Shown piece by piece: positions 59,484 to 64,000 of a stretch of DNA of 64,000 nt (positions are counted from its first letter, which is position 1; each line of letters begins with the position of its first letter). A program made the translations under genes and the position numbers. The stretch comes from an uncultured Verrucomicrobiae bacterium (GTDB lineage: Bacteria; Verrucomicrobiota; Verrucomicrobiia; Chthoniobacterales; JAFAMB01): assembly GCA_963837955.1 (NCBI GenBank), contig CAWIPH010000002.1:1184001-1248000 (forward strand). Direction: 5' to 3'. Below the pieces are notes generated by a model. That model was not told the origin of the DNA. It saw nothing but the letters and a program-made list of their open reading frames with translations, and did not search any database.

Positions 59484-60599
59484 TTATTTCAAGGTTCGAA
59501 GGTAAGCCAGGATCGATTGAACCTGCTTGTCCTCCAGTTTCATGTTCGGCATCAGGCACCCCGGCTTCAGCACCTGGGGATCCTGTAGCCATGAGCGTAA
59601 ATTTTCTTCATTATTTTCCGCAACGCCCGATCCGAGCGTTTGCCGGCTGGAGAAATGGGTTAGGTCTGGGCCGAAAACTCCCTTTGCGCTGGTCCCACCG
59701 ATTTGATGGCAAGTACCACATGAGTTGGCGATGAATTGACGTTTACCCTCTTCTACGGCTGGATCATTGGCGGGGGCCGCCTTTTGCTCGTTCAGCCACT
59801 GCTGATAGCGGTCAGGCGAATCCACAATGACTCGAATCAGCATATTCGCGTGTTGCGCGCCGCAAAGCACCGAACAATTACCGAGATAAATTCCGGTCTT
59901 GTAGGGTTCAACCCACATTGTGTTGCGGTGGTTAGGAACGAGTTGGGTTTTCCCATTGAGTTGCGGCACCCAGAACCCGTGGATTACGTCCGCCGATTCC
60001 AACACAAATTCGGTGGCGATCCGCTTCGAACGATCGCTCAGCGGCACATGAATTTCGTTGGCAGTAACGACATCGTATTTCGGATAACGAACTTCCCACC
60101 AAAAACGATGACCGATGATTCGTACTTGCTCCGCATCAGTCGGTAGTTTCGGCTTTTGAATTTCGCCAATCGTCCGAGCTGTCACCAAGACCAGTACGAT
60201 CACGATCAGGATCGGTGGCACGGTCCAGGCCAGCTCAATGGCCGCGCTCCCATAAACTTGGGGCGGTTCCTCAAGGTCGTCAGCACCTCCCTTGCGGCGG
60301 TAACGAATGATTGCGTAAGTCAATAGCCCACCGACGACCAAAAAGATTATCGCGCAAGTCGCTAAAACGAGCAGGGAGATTCGGTATAATATTTCCGCCG
60401 GCGCTGAGAGCGGATCAAAGATGTTTTGGACCGCCCGGATGGTGGGATCTTGGGCCGATGCGCTTGCTAGAGTCAGGAGTGTCAATGCTGCCACTCCGAG
60501 AGTGCTTTGATTCCGCTGAATCAGAGAAAATCTGCGGAAACGACCTGGCGTTTGCCTTTCGTGTCCGTGGCGAGATCCGCAGTTCCAATTCATTTCCAT
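59484..60599 (-). CDS. ctaC: cytochrome c oxidase subunit II with fused cytochrome c (caa3)
   Basis: IELAWT, DVIHGFW, CuA ligands CSVLCGAQHANM, CGTCH; true start uncertain. Confidence 0.92.
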   Translation of the reverse strand: MEMNWNCGSRHGHERQTPGRFRRFSLIQRNQSTLGVAALTLLTLASASAQDPTIRAVQNIFDPLSAPAEILYRISLLVLATCAIIFLVVGGLLTYAIIRYRRKGGADDLEEPPQVYGSAAIELAWTVPPILIVIVLVLVTARTIGEIQKPKLPTDAEQVRIIGHRFWWEVRYPKYDVVTANEIHVPLSDRSKRIATEFVLESADVIHGFWVPQLNGKTQLVPNHRNTMWVEPYKTGIYLGNCSVLCGAQHANMLIRVIVDSPDRYQQWLNEQKAAPANDPAVEEGKRQFIANSCGTCHQIGGTSAKGVFGPDLTHFSSRQTLGSGVAENNEENLRSWLQDPQVLKPGCLMPNMKLEDKQVQSILAYLRTLK

Positions 60600-60938
60600 G
60601 CTTTAGTTATGGCGGTTACAAGCCACTAAGGGCGACCATGGCCAGAGGGATCAGGCGCGACTTTGTGAAATTTTTCACAAGCGATCTTTACATACCTCCA
60701 ATTTTCGAGCAAGCAACCGGCCAACTCTACCTAGTTTCGATCAGTTCTGCCGCAAAAACTGGTTCTGCAGGCAGCAGCAATTTCCGCTCTTGCCGAGAAA
60801 GCTCATCACCCCAGCTCTCTTCGGATATTACCAGCCCTTCCCTGCGCTATTGCGCTATACTTAGCTGATCAGCCAGGCCACGGCTATCACTCTTTTGGAT
60901 GCAGTTTCACTTATCCCGACGAAGGCCCACAACGCCGG

Positions 60939-61046
60939 CTTGTCCGACGACCGTGTCCGACGAAGCCCTTCCGCTACATTGGCCACGTTCCAAGGATCAG
61001 CGAAGTCGGAAGCTTCCGGAGTTTCAAACGACGGAGCGAAGTTGGA
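60939..61046 (+). repeat. self-nested small hairpin element (inner copy 60951-61010)
   Basis: CTTGTCCGACGA[CCGTGTCCGACGAAGC...GCGAAGTCGGA]AGC...GCGAAGTTGGA. Confidence 0.75.
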
Positions 61047-61060
61047 GAACGCCGAGATCG

Positions 61061-61183
61061 CCGGGAACGCACGAGAACGCCGTCATCGCCGCGAACGCCG
61101 GGAGCGTATCGACTCATGAGTCACATGCGACCCATGAGTCCCACGGGCTCAGCGGCGATGACGGCGTTCTCGTGCGTTCCTGG
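61061..61183. repeat. 32-bp inverted repeat (contains CGTC...GACG)
   Basis: CCGGGAACGCACGAGAACGCCGTCATCGCCGC / GCGGCGATGACGGCGTTCTCGTGCGTTCCTGG, 1 mismatch. Confidence 0.88.
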
Positions 61184-61228
61184 AACTTGCTCTTGGGCCT
61201 GCGCTGGTTTAGTCCTTCCGATCCGATA

Positions 61229-61612
61229 ATGAACGCCGATTTCCGCTTTACGGAAGATGAATTGATTCCCGCCATTGTGCGCGAAGCAGATCCGCCCGGC
61301 CGTGTTTTGATGATGGCCTGGATGAACCGCGACTCGATCGAGCGCACGCTCGCCACCGGCTTCATGCATTATTGGAGCCGAACGCGGCAAAAACTCTGGT
61401 TGAAGGGCGAAACGAGCGGCCATACGCAAAAACTCGTTCGTTGGTTTACCGACTGTGACCGGGATGTGTTACTTTTTGAGGTGGAGCAGATAGCGGGCGC
61501 TTGTCATACCGGGTATTTCAGCTGTTTTTTCCAGGAGCTGGATTTGCAGGCGAATCCAAAACCGGTCTCCGAGGGCAAATCGTTCGATCCGGTTGAGGTG
61601 TACCAGAAATGA
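61229..61612 (+). CDS. hisI: phosphoribosyl-AMP cyclohydrolase
   Basis: VLMMAWMN, YWSRTRQKLWLKGETSGH, DCDRD, ACHTG..SCF. Confidence 0.95.
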   Translation: MNADFRFTEDELIPAIVREADPPGRVLMMAWMNRDSIERTLATGFMHYWSRTRQKLWLKGETSGHTQKLVRWFTDCDRDVLLFEVEQIAGACHTGYFSCFFQELDLQANPKPVSEGKSFDPVEVYQK

Positions 61613-63105
61613 CAGAAATCCCACTTACTCCTACTCGCCCCGATTTTCTCGCCTTGGCGGCGAAAGGTAATCTGATCCCCGTTTACACGGAGTTTGTTGC
61701 GGATTACGAGACACCGGTTTCGGTTTTTGAAAAGATCGATAACGGCCGTCGTTCATTTCTGTTTGAGTCGGCCGAAAGTAACGATCACGTTGGGCGCTAT
61801 TCGTTCCTAGGGAGTTCGCCGCGCGTCTATTTCGAAAGCCGCGGGCGAAATATCCGAGTCGAAGAGAACGGCCAAACGCGAGATTTTGAAACGACGACGG
61901 ATCCTCTAGGCGAGCTACGCACCCTGCTGAGCCGTTATACCTTTGTCGATTTGCCAGGATTACCGCCGTTTGTTGGAGGTGCCGTGGGTTATATCGGATA
62001 CGATGTCGTCCGTTTCTTCGAACCAACCGTTACGCCCTCGCCGCCGGATCAACTAGATATACCGGATTCGGTTTTCATGATCACGGATACTTTTTTGGTC
62101 TTCGATCATAGGCTGCGGCGCTTAAAGATCTTCGCTACCGCCTTTGTGGATGGATCCGGGCCAGAAGCCGCCTACGATGAAGCCCGCGGAAAAATCGCTG
62201 CGATTCTCCAGCGCTTAGAGTCGCCGACGGAGGCACGGTTGATGAACGCCGCACCGTTGGAATCTTCCCTGCAGACAAAGGCTAACACCGAAAAATGGGA
62301 TTTTTGTGAGACTGTACGGCGTTGCCAGGAACACATTCAAGCGGGTGACGTCTTTCAGATCGTGCCATCGCTCAGATTTGAAGCTCCCTACTCGGGTGCG
62401 GCGCTTCCACTCTATCGCGCCCTTCGATTTGTTAATCCTTCTCCGTACATGTTCTGTTTGCGATTGAGTGACAGTTTCGCTTTGGTCGGGAGCTCTCCGG
62501 AAGTGCATGTTCGATTGCGCGATAGTAAAGTAGAGATTCGTCCACTAGCTGGTACTAGGAAACGTGGCGCGACGCCGGAAGAAGACCAGCAACTGGCCGC
62601 CGAGCTTTTGAAAGATCCTAAAGAGCGAGCCGAACATCTGATGTTGGTTGACCTGGCTCGGAATGATGTGGGTCGTATTTGTCGTTTTGGTTCGATCAAA
62701 GTGACCGACTTCATGACGATCGAGCGCTACAGCCACGTCATGCACATTGTTTCGAACGTCGAAGGGGAGTTGCAGGAGGGAAAAGATGCGGACGATGTGA
62801 TGCGCGCGACGTTTCCAGCCGGGACCGTTTCAGGAGCGCCCAAGGTGCGGGCGATGCAGTTAATCAACGGCTTCGAAAAGGGGAAAAGAGGGGCTTACTC
62901 AGGTGCAATCGGATACTTCGGTTTTGATGGCAACCTCGATTCCTGTATCGCGTTGCGTACGATTGTCCTAAAGGATGGAGTCGCCTACGCCCAAGCCGGG
63001 TGCGGCGTAGTCGCGGATTCGGTTCCCGAAGCGGAATATCAGGAGTGCGTCAACAAGGCGACGGCGCTGTTTCGAGCCATCGAACGAGCGCAGCGAATCT
63101 TATGA
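61609..63105 (+). CDS. trpE: anthranilate synthase component I
   Basis: [41 protein letters not shown]. Confidence 0.95.
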   Translation: MTEIPLTPTRPDFLALAAKGNLIPVYTEFVADYETPVSVFEKIDNGRRSFLFESAESNDHVGRYSFLGSSPRVYFESRGRNIRVEENGQTRDFETTTDPLGELRTLLSRYTFVDLPGLPPFVGGAVGYIGYDVVRFFEPTVTPSPPDQLDIPDSVFMITDTFLVFDHRLRRLKIFATAFVDGSGPEAAYDEARGKIAAILQRLESPTEARLMNAAPLESSLQTKANTEKWDFCETVRRCQEHIQAGDVFQIVPSLRFEAPYSGAALPLYRALRFVNPSPYMFCLRLSDSFALVGSSPEVHVRLRDSKVEIRPLAGTRKRGATPEEDQQLAAELLKDPKERAEHLMLVDLARNDVGRICRFGSIKVTDFMTIERYSHVMHIVSNVEGELQEGKDADDVMRATFPAGTVSGAPKVRAMQLINGFEKGKRGAYSGAIGYFGFDGNLDSCIALRTIVLKDGVAYAQAGCGVVADSVPEAEYQECVNKATALFRAIERAQRIL

Positions 63106-63668
63106 TTTTGGTCATCGATAACTACGACTCATTTACCTATAACCTGGTCCAATATTTCGGCGAACTCGGAGCGGATCTGGTCGTTCGGCGTAACGACCAA
63201 GTGACGCTGGAGGAGGTGGCCGAATTGCGACCCGCCCGGATATGTATCTCTCCCGGCCCAGGAACCCCGGATGATGCCGGAATCAGCAACGAGCTGATTT
63301 TGCGATTTGGTCCAAGTATTCCGATTCTGGGGGTGTGCTTGGGGCATCAATGCATTGGTCAGGCCTTTGGCGGTGAGGTGGTTCGAGCCGATCGCTTAAT
63401 GCACGGTAAAACGTCGCCGATTTTGCATGAGGGGGACGGGGTCTTTGCCGGTTTGCCGAATCCATTCGAGGCAACGCGGTATCATTCTTTGATTGTTCGC
63501 CGCGAAACTTTGCCGCCGGAATTACAAATAACAGCCGAGACCGATGCGCAGGAGATCATGGGATTGAGGCATCGCCGATATCCGATTGAGGGCGTCCAAT
63601 TTCATCCGGAATCGATCATGACCGAGCCAGGAAAACGCTTGCTCGCGAATTTTTTACGCAAGCGGTAA
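63102..63668 (+). CDS. trpG: anthranilate synthase component II (glutamine amidotransferase)
   Basis: [28 protein letters not shown]. Confidence 0.93.
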   Translation: MILVIDNYDSFTYNLVQYFGELGADLVVRRNDQVTLEEVAELRPARICISPGPGTPDDAGISNELILRFGPSIPILGVCLGHQCIGQAFGGEVVRADRLMHGKTSPILHEGDGVFAGLPNPFEATRYHSLIVRRETLPPELQITAETDAQEIMGLRHRRYPIEGVQFHPESIMTEPGKRLLANFLRKR

Positions 63669-63678
63669 GGCTGCACAA

Positions 63679-63854
63679 GTAGCCTGATGCTCCAGCCTCA
63701 GGGCCGGAGCGAAGGTGAGAGGTGATTAGTGATCAGTGATTAGTGAGAGGTGGTAGGTGCCATCGGCAAATCCTCGGGCGAGATCTTCGACCAATCACCA
63801 ATCACTTCTCACCTCTCACACTCTGTACCCCCTGAGCCATGAGGATCAGGCTAC
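63679..63854. repeat. GTAGCCTGAT-family inverted repeat enclosing inverted heptamer repeats
   Basis: GTAGCCTGATGCTCCAGCCTCAGGG ... CCCTGAGCCATGAGGATCAGGCTAC; inside GTGATTAGTGATCAGTGA / ACCAATCACCAATCAC. Confidence 0.72.
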
Positions 63855-64000
63855 GTCCACGGCCATGTCCCGACCGCTGAGCCGCAAAAGAGGCCGCTCG
63901 GGCAGAGGGGGTTGTAGAGATTGGCCGGAAACTGGTTAGTTTCTAACCTGCATGGCTATCGACCGCGCTCTGCCACTTATCAGTCGGCGTTTTGTCCAAA

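Noticed and set aside
1..64000. tRNA, rRNA, prophage or defence genes
   Set aside because: None recognised by eye; a covariance-model scan was not possible

Overview
Bacterial chromosomal segment, most likely Verrucomicrobiota (Chthoniobacterales-like; inferred from a TGTTC-N4-GAACA LexA box and gene content). The housekeeping backbone contains two ABC systems (dual ATPase + FtsX-type permease; CecR-YbhGFSR-like), two tandem LamB-type porins (one frameshifted), zwf-opcA plus a cupin, LPS glycosyltransferases + MsbA-like exporter, pyrR-pyrB-pyrC with a PyrR-binding RNA motif, mrp, imuA-imuB-dnaE2, a caa3 oxidase / Rieske-cytochrome b cluster, and hisI-trpE-trpG. The most unusual part is the intergenic DNA, which holds layered palindromic elements. 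(i) Two HUH/Y1 REP-associated transposase genes are each flanked by their own inverted repeats, with non-autonomous relatives dispersed in the window. (ii) At least six REP/REPIN-like families occur, often bracketed by inverted 7-8-mer tandem repeats. (iii) A 29-63 nt hairpin element with a covarying stem repeatedly sits inside other repeats, including inside itself. (iv) Two apparently identical 1753-bp IS110 elements are inserted at the same AG core in the same REP hairpin; their long left non-coding end contains a stem-enclosed segment matching both the target and the donor junction, i.e. a candidate bridge RNA. All calls come from reading the sequence and the ORF track; no database searches were run.
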